DNA from: Acidobacteriota bacterium
GTDB lineage: Bacteria; Acidobacteriota; UBA6911; RPQK01; JAJDTT01
Direction: 5' to 3'
Assembly: GCA_965209055.1 (NCBI GenBank)
Contig: OZ242374.1
Location: 2,528,001-2,592,000, forward strand
Length of the DNA: 64,000 nucleotides
The notes beneath the pieces were generated by a model, which searched no databases, was not told where the DNA came from, and saw nothing but the letters and a program-made list of their open reading frames with translations. Every line of letters begins with the position of its first letter. Position 1 is the first letter of the stretch. The position numbers were made by a program, and so were the translations under genes. Shown here in pieces: positions 31,396 to 40,843 of the stretch.

Positions 31396-32112
31396 ATGCT
31401 GGGAAATGCGTTCAAGGCCGAGTTTCTGGATTTCCAAAAAGGCATCCGGGTGGGGCACCTGGAGCCCCGGGCCCGCATCACGCAGATCCTGAAGCTGTCC
31501 CTGCAGCAGCTTTACGGGCAGGACTTCATCATCGACCGCTGGGGCCGTGGCGTCTACTGGCAATGGATCTGTTTCCTGCCGCGGGCCAATCGTCGCGCCA
31601 AGCCCATCTCGGGCGGCCGCAACTTCTCCAGCGCCAAGTTCTTCATCATGGTCGACCGGGAGGAGGACCTGTTCAAGACCGGGCTTCATGTGGAACGAGG
31701 GTTGATCCAGGCGCCGGACTCGCAGGAAGACTACCGGCTGCGGCCGGACTGGGACTGGCATCGGCTGCGGCAGGGTCTGGCGCCGAACGGATGGTGGGAA
31801 CCGGAGGTCCGCCGGTTGATCGAAGAAGACGGTTTCCAGGTGACGCTGGGGTCGTTCGGAACCGGTCTCCAATCCTTCTCCGGACGCCTGCCTCCGGCAT
31901 CGGACCTTCGTGAAATCATTGCGAATGCGCCGCCGGACAAGTGGTTCGTATTCCAGTTGCACTATCCCATGGCGCCGGAAGAGGTCGAAGGCTCGGCGGG
32001 ACCCGACCTGGCGGCCGGCATGCTGGCCGTCTTCCGGGAGCTGACGCCGGTGATGAACCTCTGCCTGGAGGACGCCGTCACGTTGCGGCCGGCGCCCGGC
32101 GCGGTTACTTGA
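31396..32112 (+). CDS. hypothetical protein
   Basis: ATG after GAAGGGGAG; globular, aromatic-rich sequence (DRWGRGVYWQWICF). Confidence 0.75.
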   Translation: MLGNAFKAEFLDFQKGIRVGHLEPRARITQILKLSLQQLYGQDFIIDRWGRGVYWQWICFLPRANRRAKPISGGRNFSSAKFFIMVDREEDLFKTGLHVERGLIQAPDSQEDYRLRPDWDWHRLRQGLAPNGWWEPEVRRLIEEDGFQVTLGSFGTGLQSFSGRLPPASDLREIIANAPPDKWFVFQLHYPMAPEEVEGSAGPDLAAGMLAVFRELTPVMNLCLEDAVTLRPAPGAVT

Positions 32113-33523
32113 CCAGCCGGGTGTTGGGAAACTGGGCGCGCCAGCCGAACCAGAAGGCGCGGTGCGCGGCCAGGCGGATGAGTTTCTCGCCGTCCGGTCC
32201 CCGCAGGGCGGTCTCCGTCGCCTCCCACTGCCGTCCCGATTTGTCCCTGACCCTGGAATCCCGGTCCCACTTGGTGAACGTGACACCCGTGGCGTCGTAA
32301 ACCCGGTTGGCCCCCGACTTGTCGGTGAGGATGACCAGCTCCTGCCCGGCCACCCGATCCTGGTGCACCCGGCGCTTGCGCAGAAACCGGGTGTCCCAGG
32401 CGACCGCCTCGCCGTCCATGAGCATGGCCAGGACCTGCTGCTTGTTCTTCAGGCGCTTGTCCTGAAAGGGGGTGGGGAACATGAGCCGGTCGGTGGCGAA
32501 ATACTCCCGGTAGGCGACCCCCTCTCCGTAGTCCCGCTGATGGCCCGTGTCCAGCGACAGGACCTTGGTCTCCGGGTGCCGCCGCCGCCATTCCTTCCAG
32601 CGGGTGGTGACGATGGGCAGGCGTTTCAACTGCAGTTCCGAGCCCACCAGGGAGCCCATGACGGGAACCCCCTCCAGGGCCGACCAGAGGGTGTTGGTCT
32701 GGCGATCGTACATCAGCTTGTTGGAGCGGTAGAGGAAACCGCTGGTCCCGAAGCTGAATTGTTGGTCTCCCACCTTCTGGTCGTAGAGAACGGCGGCGCC
32801 GCAAAGGGTGCAGTAGGCGCAGGTGACGTCGATTCCGCCGACGCGGTCGTTGAAGAGTTCGTGCCAGGCCAGAATCCGCTTGGGATAGGCCTTGGCCTCG
32901 CCGTTCAGGTAGACGCCGAAGACGATGTGATTGTTTTTCAGGTAGTCCGCCTCCGCGGCGGGAATCATCTTGGGATATTCCAGTGGTGGAATGCCGTCCT
33001 TCTTCACGCCGCCCCAGACCACCTCGTCGAGACGAATCGTGCGCGGGGTTCCGGGGACGAAGTAGCGGGCGAAGCGTTTGTCCCTGAAGGAGTAGATAGT
33101 GGCCTTGAAAGTTGCGTATTCGGGATGTTCCTGCTCCTCCCGGCTCCAGATCCAGCGCCACCAGCGGTCGGTGTCCGCCGGCAGATTCTGACCCGTCCCT
33201 TTGCGCAGGAGCTTCAGGACGTTGTTGCCGCGGGCGTCACCGGGGGGTATCAGCATGAGAATCTCCACCAGCATGGGGGCGAATCCCGGATGCCAGTTGG
33301 CTTCCAGCTTGCGGGCGGCGGCCCGGTGCACCTTGCGGTCGGGGCTGGCCAGATCGCCGATGGCGGCGGTGGGGGAGGGGTCCTTGGTCTCGGCGGCTTG
33401 GGCCAAGCCGTCAGCAGGGACGCAGGCCAACAGGATCAGGATCGCCAGTGCCGGGATCCTCGTCCCGGTTCCAATTCGCCTTCCATTTCCGTCCCGCATT
33501 GATCCCTTTCGAAAAGTGGTCAT
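32105..33523 (-). CDS. DUF3179-domain exported protein
   Basis: KDGIPPL, AYP.RIL.WHE..ND, YCTLCG, GTSGFLY.SN.LMYDRQT, AFWFGW. Confidence 0.9.
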   Translation of the reverse strand: MTTFRKGSMRDGNGRRIGTGTRIPALAILILLACVPADGLAQAAETKDPSPTAAIGDLASPDRKVHRAAARKLEANWHPGFAPMLVEILMLIPPGDARGNNVLKLLRKGTGQNLPADTDRWWRWIWSREEQEHPEYATFKATIYSFRDKRFARYFVPGTPRTIRLDEVVWGGVKKDGIPPLEYPKMIPAAEADYLKNNHIVFGVYLNGEAKAYPKRILAWHELFNDRVGGIDVTCAYCTLCGAAVLYDQKVGDQQFSFGTSGFLYRSNKLMYDRQTNTLWSALEGVPVMGSLVGSELQLKRLPIVTTRWKEWRRRHPETKVLSLDTGHQRDYGEGVAYREYFATDRLMFPTPFQDKRLKNKQQVLAMLMDGEAVAWDTRFLRKRRVHQDRVAGQELVILTDKSGANRVYDATGVTFTKWDRDSRVRDKSGRQWEATETALRGPDGEKLIRLAAHRAFWFGWRAQFPNTRLVK

Positions 33524-33530
33524 ACCCGGT

Positions 33531-34052
33531 TCAATACGAAACTTCCGTCCCCTCCCGCAGGACCCAGTAGAGTCGTCGCGCGGCCGGTTCCTCCATTTCC
33601 AGTTGCAGGACCGAGACCTCGCGCACCAGGGATTGAAACTGCGCCAGGATCAGGCGCAGCCGCCGTTGGGAGCGCTTCTGCCAGGTCAGACCGGTCAGAT
33701 CCGGAGGTGCAACGAACAGGACCGATCCGTTCTCCAACTCCACGGCATAGGTGCCGGGCATGGTGTCGACGCCGCGGCGGGAGATCAGCGGAGCAGGTCT
33801 TCCCTGGGAAACCCGAATTTCCTCCACGGGACGGGGAGGGTCCAGCTTGGAAACCCGGGAGGAACGAACGGGGCCGGAGCCGCGGTTGGACCGCCGTATG
33901 GGAATCTCTTTGAGCACGAGTCCCCGTTGCACGATCCGCGCTGTGTCGACTGAGATTTCCACTCGCGGGCCGCTCTGTGCGGAGTAGAACCATGCGGCTG
34001 AAGACAGCCCCAGGAACAGGACCGTGGAGAGGAGCCGGTGCCGCCTCCCCAT
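33531..34052 (-). CDS. exported protein resembling a degenerate L,D-transpeptidase fold
   Basis: Signal anchor; C-terminal ARRLYWVLREGTEVSY resembles YkuD tail; no Cys; TGATG coupling. Confidence 0.65.
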   Translation of the reverse strand: MGRRHRLLSTVLFLGLSSAAWFYSAQSGPRVEISVDTARIVQRGLVLKEIPIRRSNRGSGPVRSSRVSKLDPPRPVEEIRVSQGRPAPLISRRGVDTMPGTYAVELENGSVLFVAPPDLTGLTWQKRSQRRLRLILAQFQSLVREVSVLQLEMEEPAARRLYWVLREGTEVSY

Positions 34053-34627
34053 CAGAAGATGAAAACCGGAGTCCCCAACGGAGCCAGGTCCACGAGCTTG
34101 TTCAGGTCGGGTTCGGACAACCGGATGCATCCGTGGGTCACGTTCTGTCCCAGAAGCCGCGTGTAAAGAGTCCCGTGGATGTAGTAGCCGTCTCCGATTC
34201 CCATGGCGAAACTTCCCAATACGCCGTATTCCATCCGGTCGCCGTCCCGCTCGGGAAGGGGTTCGCCCTCTTCCACGTATGCCCAGTCCGGTTTGCGCCA
34301 GACCGGGAATTCGGTCACGTACGTGATCTGGAATTCACCCCGGGGAGTCTCGAAGGTCCACTCCCGGTCGCCGGAGATCAGACGGTGTCCGCTTCCCGTC
34401 GCGCACAGGGCATCCAGGAGGACCCGCCGCCCGTGACGGACGTAGAGGCGGTTCTCCGCCGTGTCGATGAGAATAATGCGCCCCCGCGGCGGACGGACCT
34501 CGGGTTTGGCAGAATCCCGCGCCGCCGGGGCGGGGCTGGCGCCGTACGCTTCAAACCGGCTCTCGGGGCTGGAAAAGGCGGAAGCCCCCAGTATGACGGC
34601 GCCAAGCAGGAGAAGGGCTCGGGTCAG
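34052..34627 (-). CDS. L,D-transpeptidase (YkuD family), probable CTG start
   Basis: Hand translation: (CTG)TRALLLLGAVILGASAFS..IILIDTAENRLYV..CATG..FETPRG..YYIHGT..THGCIRL..GTPVFIF. Confidence 0.88.
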   Translation of the reverse strand: MTRALLLLGAVILGASAFSSPESRFEAYGASPAPAARDSAKPEVRPPRGRIILIDTAENRLYVRHGRRVLLDALCATGSGHRLISGDREWTFETPRGEFQITYVTEFPVWRKPDWAYVEEGEPLPERDGDRMEYGVLGSFAMGIGDGYYIHGTLYTRLLGQNVTHGCIRLSEPDLNKLVDLAPLGTPVFIF

Positions 34628-35223
34628 CGTCGCCTTCTTTGCTGAATGGCCTGCTCAATCTCGGAGCTGACGCCGTCCGCCTTCCGCTTGACTGCGCCGA
34701 ATTGATTCAAGGCGTCCATGTACTTGCCCGCATCGTAGGCCTGCTGTGCGCCAGCCAGTGTGGCCTCGGCCGAGGCCACGTCGGCCTCCAGGGCGGCCAC
34801 GCTCTCGCGAGCTGCCTTGCCCCGCCGCGGCGCCTTGCGCAACATGCCCTGGGCGTTCTCGATGACGGCCTGAGCCGCTTCGTTGGCCGCCTCCGACTGA
34901 CCCTTGACCTTGATCTTGTTCTCACCGGCCGCCGCGGTCGCGGCTTCAGCCTCGGAAGTGGCCCGGCCCAAGAGCTCCCTGGCCTGATCGTAGCTTCGGG
35001 TCAGGGCGAAGCTGTCATCCTGCACGGCGATCTCGGCTTCGGCCTCGTTCACCGTCGCCGACGCCTTGCCGATCTCATCCGGCGCATAGGTTTCGGCCTC
35101 CGCGGCCCGGGCCGCGTCCACAGCTTGGCGCGCCGCGTCGAGTTCCGACGCCGGCGGGCTGTCGCAACCCGTGAGAAGCACCAGCAATGCGGCGCAAGAC
35201 GAGAACAGGAGAGCTCTTCTCAT
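34624..35223 (-). CDS. Ala-rich helical lipoprotein (DUF4398-like)
   Basis: Lipobox LTGC; A..AV.AAR.AEA..YAP; [11 protein letters not shown]. Confidence 0.85.
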   Translation of the reverse strand: MRRALLFSSCAALLVLLTGCDSPPASELDAARQAVDAARAAEAETYAPDEIGKASATVNEAEAEIAVQDDSFALTRSYDQARELLGRATSEAEAATAAAGENKIKVKGQSEAANEAAQAVIENAQGMLRKAPRRGKAARESVAALEADVASAEATLAGAQQAYDAGKYMDALNQFGAVKRKADGVSSEIEQAIQQRRRR

Positions 35224-35381
35224 GTGACCTCCTTCAGACCTTCCCGAGTCTGTTCGTGAGAATGGAACATACGCATTGGCCAATAATTGGTCCATGTTAG
35301 CATGTTTGCCTCCGGTCCAGGAACCGGGGAGTTCTTCGTGATTTCCGGAGCTTGGCCGGAATCGGCCGGAGCAGTCGTTCC

Positions 35382-36584
35382 ATGACCCAGCGACTCTATC
35401 ACCAGGATTCTTATCTCAAGGATTTCCGCGCGCGAGTCACCGGTGTGGACCGTTGGAAGGGGAATCCGGCCGTAGTGCTGGACCGGAGCTGCTTCTATCC
35501 CGCCTCAGGAGGGCAGCCGTCGGACCGGGGCCTCTTGGAGGGGTTGCCGGTAGTGGGTATGGCGGACTCAGGCGGCCGGCTGCTGCACCTGATGGAGCAG
35601 GAGGGCCTGGCGGAAGGTCAGGTGGTGGATGGCAGGCTCGACTGGGAGCGGCGCTTCGACCACATGCAGCAGCATACCGGCCAGCACATACTGTCGCAGG
35701 CCTTTATCCGGGTCTTGGATTGGGACACCGTCTCTTTCCACCTCGGCCGGGAGCTGTGCACCATCGATCTGACGGGAGATGCGCTGACCCCGGAGCTGAT
35801 CTACGAGGTGGAAGACGCGGCCAACCGGATCATCGTCGAGTGCCGGCCCATCCGGGTCCACCTGGTCGACGCCGGCCGCCAGAGCGAGTTTCCCCTGCGA
35901 AAGCCGTCCGGCCGGAAGGGTACGCTGCGGATCGTAGAGGTCTCGGACTTCGATTTTTCCGCCTGCGGGGGAACCCATTGCCGCTCGGCGGGGGAAGTGG
36001 GCCTCATCAAGATCCGGCGCTGGGAGCGGGCCAGGAAGCGGGTCCGGGTCGAGTTCTACTGCGGATGGAGAGCGCTCCGGGACTACCGCTGGAAGAACCG
36101 GGCCGTCTATCGGCTCTCCCGCCTCTATTCCCGTCCCGACCGGGAAGTGGTGGAGGCCGCCATGGAGCGCTTGGAGCGGGAAGAAGGGCTGCGCAAAAAG
36201 CTGGCGGAGGTGCAGGACCGTTACCTGGATTCGGAGGCGGCCCGGCTGCTGGGCGGTGCAGCGGAGGTAGAGGGCATTCGAGTGGTCCGGCGCGTGCTGG
36301 CCGGGATGGACATGAAGGCCGCGCGGGAACTGGGCCGTAAACTGGTCCAGGACGGCGAAAAGCGTTTGGCGCTGTTGGGACTGGAAGGCGAATCTCCGGC
36401 TCTGGTCTTTGCCCGTTCGGAGGACCTGCCCTGGCACATGGGCAACTGGATCCGGAAGTCCGCCCCTCTCATCGCCGGCCGGGGAGGGGGCAGTCCCCGC
36501 CATGCGCAGGCCCGCGGTTCGCGGCCTGAAGGTTTGGCGGAGGCTCTCGACGCCGCCATGAGCCGGGTGCGGAGTGCCTGCTGA
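35382..36584 (+). CDS. AlaX-type alanyl-tRNA editing protein with DHHA1 domain
   Basis: FYP.SGGQPSD.G, HMQQHTGQH, ACGGTH, GRGGG. Confidence 0.92.
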   Translation: MTQRLYHQDSYLKDFRARVTGVDRWKGNPAVVLDRSCFYPASGGQPSDRGLLEGLPVVGMADSGGRLLHLMEQEGLAEGQVVDGRLDWERRFDHMQQHTGQHILSQAFIRVLDWDTVSFHLGRELCTIDLTGDALTPELIYEVEDAANRIIVECRPIRVHLVDAGRQSEFPLRKPSGRKGTLRIVEVSDFDFSACGGTHCRSAGEVGLIKIRRWERARKRVRVEFYCGWRALRDYRWKNRAVYRLSRLYSRPDREVVEAAMERLEREEGLRKKLAEVQDRYLDSEAARLLGGAAEVEGIRVVRRVLAGMDMKAARELGRKLVQDGEKRLALLGLEGESPALVFARSEDLPWHMGNWIRKSAPLIAGRGGGSPRHAQARGSRPEGLAEALDAAMSRVRSAC

Positions 36585-38098
36585 TGCGGCAGCTTCGGAT
36601 GATCTCAAGTCTGATTCTTCCCGGGCTCCTGTGGGCCTGCACCGAGTCCGGCCCCACGGCCCCGCCGGTTCTGGAAATCGGCCACAGGACCCAGGTGCTG
36701 GTGGACGACTATATTCTGGAGCGGACCGAGGCGCTCAACCGGCGCCTGAACCCCTTGGAGAAGCACGCCGGCAACCCGCTGTTGCGCCCCCGGCAACGAT
36801 GGGAAGGACGGTTCACGCTGCCGACCACTGTCCTTTTCGACGATTCGGATCAACGCTTCAAGATGTGGTACCTCTGCCGGGACGGGCTGTCGAGCCCCCG
36901 CCGCGGGCCGGATCGCTGGGCCTACTCCGTTTCCAGCGACGGCATCACCTGGGAAAAACCCAACCTCGGACTCACTTCCTTTGCCGGCTCCCGCCGTAAC
37001 AATCTGATCCCCTATCCGGTCAGCCGGGTGCTGCTGGACCCCAGCGACACCGATTCCGGACGCCGCTTCAAGGCTTTGGGACACGGCAGAGTCGAAGGGA
37101 AAGGACGAGCCGGCCTGCTGGTGGGATTCTCTCCCGACGGCCTTCGGTGGAGTCTTCAGCCGTCGAGTCCGCTTCTCTCCCGGACCCGGGGCCAGGGGAC
37201 TCACGATGGAATTGGGGACACTCATACTCTGTTGGGCTGGGACGAACGATGGGAAAGGTACGTGGCCTTCATGCGGCCCAGCGACCGATTCTCCGACATC
37301 GGGCTCTCGCATAGCATCGACTTCATCGACTGGCGGATCCCTACGCCGGTGCTTACGCCGGATCCGAGCGATCCACCCGGGACTCAGTTCTACGAGATGG
37401 CTGTTTTCCGGGACCGGGGAGTCTACTGGGGGCTTCTTTCCGTCTATCATCCCGATTCCCTGATGATCGACGTCCAGTTGGCCTTCAGCCGCGACGGGGT
37501 CGGCTGGCGACGCGCGGGGAGGCGGCATCCCATTCTCACGTACGGGCTTCCGGACCGGTTCGACTCCCATCAACTGAGGGCGCTCAATCCGCTGGTGGTG
37601 GGTGACGAGATCCGGGTCTACTACGCGGCCGAGAACCGGCCGCATGCCCTCACATCGCAGGATGGGACCCTGCTGACCCATGCGGAGGAGGCCGTCCCGG
37701 AGACCGCGGCCGAACAGAGCTGGCTCCGGAACGGGACCGGATTCGGGGCCCTGGCCCGATGCCGCCGGGACGGATTCGTCTCGCTGGACAGCGGTTCCTC
37801 GCTCGGGTCCCTGCTGACCCGTCCGTTCACCTTCCGCGGAGGTCGCGTTCTGATCAACGCGGACGCCACTCGAGGAGAATTCTGGGTGGAGATCCTGGAT
37901 CCTGAGGGGCGGCCGCTGGAGGGTTTCGGCGAGGCGGACGCGGTCCGGATTCGTGGAAATTCCACTCGTCACACGGCCGAGTGGAAAGGGGGCCGGGATC
38001 TCTCCTCCCTGAAGGGCCGGGCCGTCCGGCTCCGGATCTACGCCACCAATTCCAAGCTCTATTCCTTCACCTGCGCCGAAGCCGGGAGTTCGAAATGA
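36584..38098 (+). CDS. lipoprotein with beta-propeller glycosidase-like fold (GH32/43/130-like)
   Basis: LLWAC lipobox; S.DGITWEKPNLG, SPDGLRW, SRDGVGW, RRDGFVSL. Confidence 0.75.
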   Translation: MRQLRMISSLILPGLLWACTESGPTAPPVLEIGHRTQVLVDDYILERTEALNRRLNPLEKHAGNPLLRPRQRWEGRFTLPTTVLFDDSDQRFKMWYLCRDGLSSPRRGPDRWAYSVSSDGITWEKPNLGLTSFAGSRRNNLIPYPVSRVLLDPSDTDSGRRFKALGHGRVEGKGRAGLLVGFSPDGLRWSLQPSSPLLSRTRGQGTHDGIGDTHTLLGWDERWERYVAFMRPSDRFSDIGLSHSIDFIDWRIPTPVLTPDPSDPPGTQFYEMAVFRDRGVYWGLLSVYHPDSLMIDVQLAFSRDGVGWRRAGRRHPILTYGLPDRFDSHQLRALNPLVVGDEIRVYYAAENRPHALTSQDGTLLTHAEEAVPETAAEQSWLRNGTGFGALARCRRDGFVSLDSGSSLGSLLTRPFTFRGGRVLINADATRGEFWVEILDPEGRPLEGFGEADAVRIRGNSTRHTAEWKGGRDLSSLKGRAVRLRIYATNSKLYSFTCAEAGSSK

Positions 38099-39846
38099 GA
38101 CGTTTCCTTCTGCTTTACGTCCTGGGCGCGCTCCTTCTCGCCTCCTGCGGCGAGGCTCCAACCGCCACCACCGGAAGCGCCACGCCCCTGGGCCTGGGCG
38201 CCCTGAGCCTCAACGGCGAGATCCACCCCAAGGGGATCTACACCACCTGGCATTTCGAGTACGGACCCACTCCGTCGTTCGGGTTCAGGACCCGGGAACG
38301 ACCGCTGCCGCCCCGTCTGGCGGCCCATTACCGGGAGACCTGGGATGAGGGTGCCGGAGCCTGGGATAGCTGGGCTCAGGAGCATATTCATCATCCGGAG
38401 GGAGGGGCCTCCGGGGGGTATATCGAATGGCGGCAGCCGGCGACCAACAACGATTTCAATCACATGGCCGCCGACGTTCTGCACCTGGTCAAATATCTCC
38501 GGACCGGCCTGCTGCCCCAGTGGCGGCAGGAGGGAAACACGGTTCTGGGGGGGGCGGACCCCGATCTGCGGGACGCCCGAGTCTCCATCTGGGTCCGGGG
38601 AGACGGTTGGGACCCCCGGGGATCGGAGTTGATCTGGTGGCTTCAGAGCCAGAGCAATTCCTGGTGGGGAAACCAGGTCGGATGGCGCCGCGCCAACTGG
38701 GCCTACAGCGGCGTCAGCCTCACCGGTCAGCTCCTGGACGGGAACTGGCACCAGGTCGCCTACCGTCTCGAGAACGACACCGGGAAGTGGACCTACGGCG
38801 GAAAGAACATCGGTCAGGGCCGGGCCTCGGAGCGCTACGAATACTGGTCCATCGACCAGGCCCTGGGGCACAACAACAACAACTTCTTTCACCTGCTGGC
38901 GTTCGTGGATCCCCAGGATCCTCCCCTGGGCGCCCTCCATTTCGACGAGTTCGAGCTGACCTACCGCAACGAGTCCCTTCTTCTGGACAGCAACGGGGGA
39001 CGCTTGATTCGTTGGCCGCAAGGCGGCCACGGCGATCCCGCGAACCTGACGGACGGGTGGCGGCACGGGGAAGGGAAGACCTGGCGCAGCGCGGAGGGTC
39101 CGTCCGCACCGCTGGACTTCGTCTACGGTTTCCAGGATCCGGTGACCATCGAGACCATTCAGGCGCACCAGAATCCCGAGTGGCCGAGCCGGGCACTGGA
39201 GATCTCGGTCTCCCCCGACGGAGAGGCGTTCACGCCCGTCTGCCGGATGACACTGCCCGACAAGGGGCATCCCAACGACAATTTCGCCCTCGACACCAAG
39301 ACCGGGCTGTCGGTCGAGGCCTCCTTTCTGAAGGTCCGCGTGCTGTCGGGATACGGACCGCAGCACTGGGGGCTGGGAGAGATCGAGGTCTTCGGCAGCG
39401 GAGCCAGGATGCTTCCCGACGACGACGTCTACAACGTGAACCAGGATGTCTGGGACCTGCGGCCGGGCGACACCATTTACTACCGGCTGGTGGCCACTGG
39501 AGAGGAAGGCGTGACGCGCGGCGAAACCAGAAGTTTCGTCCTCTCCCCAGACCGCCGTCCCCACCTGCGAGCGCTGGAGCCTCTTCGCCTGACCGGGACC
39601 ACCGCCCGGCTGCAGGGAAGGCTCTCCCCTATGGGCAGGGTCACCTACTATCACTTCGAATACGGCGCCGATTCCGGTTTGGGGATGAAAACCCCGTTGG
39701 CCTACGCCGGCGCCGAAATCACCCCCCGCTCCGTTTTCGCCGATCTGGACGGCCTGGAGCCGGCGACCCGCTACCACTATCGTCTGGTGGGCATCAACGG
39801 CGACGCCGTGGCCCGGAGCGAGACCCGGTCGTTTCTGACGCCATGA
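38095..39846 (+). CDS. lipoprotein with fibronectin-III-like and discoidin (F5/8C)-like domains
   Basis: LLASC; FEYG twice; L.P...Y.YRLV twice; ISVSPDG..F, GLGEIEVFG. Confidence 0.75.
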   Translation: MRRFLLLYVLGALLLASCGEAPTATTGSATPLGLGALSLNGEIHPKGIYTTWHFEYGPTPSFGFRTRERPLPPRLAAHYRETWDEGAGAWDSWAQEHIHHPEGGASGGYIEWRQPATNNDFNHMAADVLHLVKYLRTGLLPQWRQEGNTVLGGADPDLRDARVSIWVRGDGWDPRGSELIWWLQSQSNSWWGNQVGWRRANWAYSGVSLTGQLLDGNWHQVAYRLENDTGKWTYGGKNIGQGRASERYEYWSIDQALGHNNNNFFHLLAFVDPQDPPLGALHFDEFELTYRNESLLLDSNGGRLIRWPQGGHGDPANLTDGWRHGEGKTWRSAEGPSAPLDFVYGFQDPVTIETIQAHQNPEWPSRALEISVSPDGEAFTPVCRMTLPDKGHPNDNFALDTKTGLSVEASFLKVRVLSGYGPQHWGLGEIEVFGSGARMLPDDDVYNVNQDVWDLRPGDTIYYRLVATGEEGVTRGETRSFVLSPDRRPHLRALEPLRLTGTTARLQGRLSPMGRVTYYHFEYGADSGLGMKTPLAYAGAEITPRSVFADLDGLEPATRYHYRLVGINGDAVARSETRSFLTP

Positions 39847-39865
39847 CAGGGAAGAGCCAGGGAAC

Positions 39866-40843
39866 ATGACTTGTGAGGATCTGAGTTCCGACTTCCCGGC
39901 CCGGTTCCTGGAGGCCCGGCGACGCTTGGCGAAGGTGGCCCGGGTGACTCCGCTGGTGCAGTCCAAGCTCGATCCCGGGCTCCACTTCAAGGCCGAGAAC
40001 CTGCAGGTGACCGGTTCCTTCAAGATCCGGGCCGCCTACAACCAGATGGTCCAACTGGACCAGGAGCAGCGGGAACGGGGCATCGTCACCTCCAGCTCCG
40101 GGAACTTCGCCCAAGCGGTGGCCTACGCCGCCAGGATGCTGGGTCTCTCGGCCAAGATCGTGATGATGGAGAGTTCCAGCCCTCTCAAGGTGGCGGGTAC
40201 TCGCCGTTGGGGCGGGGAGGTGGTGTTCTGCGAGAGCCGTTTCGAGGCCCGGGACCGCACCGTCCGGCAGATCCGGGAGGAGGAGGACCGAAGCACGGTC
40301 CATCCTTACGACCACGCCGCCGCGGTGTCCGGAAACGGAACCGCCGGACTGGAGATACTGGAGCAACTGGACCGGGTGGAGAACGTCGTGGTTCCCATCA
40401 GCGGCGGAGGACTCATCAGCGGAATCGCCATGGCCGTCAAGGAACGGAAACCCGCGGTCAAGGTGTGGGGGATTCAACCCCGGGGCTCCAACGCCACGTA
40501 CCTCTCCTTTCGGAAGAAGGAACCGGTGGCCTTGGACCAGGCCGAAACCGTGGCGGACGGCCTCACCGTCACCCGGCCCGGAAGCCTGACCTTCCCCCTG
40601 ATTCTCCGCTACGTGGACGAAGTGGAGATAGTGGAGGAAGACTCGATCCTATACAGTGTGGGCCACCTCATGGGAGAGGAGAAACTGGTGGTGGAACCCT
40701 CCGGCGCCGTTCCCCTGGCGGCGGTTCTGGAAGGCAAGGTTCCCCCGAGAAATACGGTCCTGGTTTTGAGCGGGGGAAACATGGGGCAGGAGATCATGAA
40801 CCGGTCTCTCGGCCTTTTCTCGGATGGAAGGAGTCCAAAATGA
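39866..40843 (+). CDS. threonine/serine dehydratase (PLP fold II)
   Basis: KAENLQVTGSFKIR, SSGNFAQ, PISGGGLISG, VEPSGA, LSGGN. Confidence 0.93.
   Translation: MTCEDLSSDFPARFLEARRRLAKVARVTPLVQSKLDPGLHFKAENLQVTGSFKIRAAYNQMVQLDQEQRERGIVTSSSGNFAQAVAYAARMLGLSAKIVMMESSSPLKVAGTRRWGGEVVFCESRFEARDRTVRQIREEEDRSTVHPYDHAAAVSGNGTAGLEILEQLDRVENVVVPISGGGLISGIAMAVKERKPAVKVWGIQPRGSNATYLSFRKKEPVALDQAETVADGLTVTRPGSLTFPLILRYVDEVEIVEEDSILYSVGHLMGEEKLVVEPSGAVPLAAVLEGKVPPRNTVLVLSGGNMGQEIMNRSLGLFSDGRSPK

Noticed and set aside
32105-33523. DUF3179 protein as a selenoprotein
   Set aside because: No in-frame TGA; the ORF is continuous to a normal C-terminus
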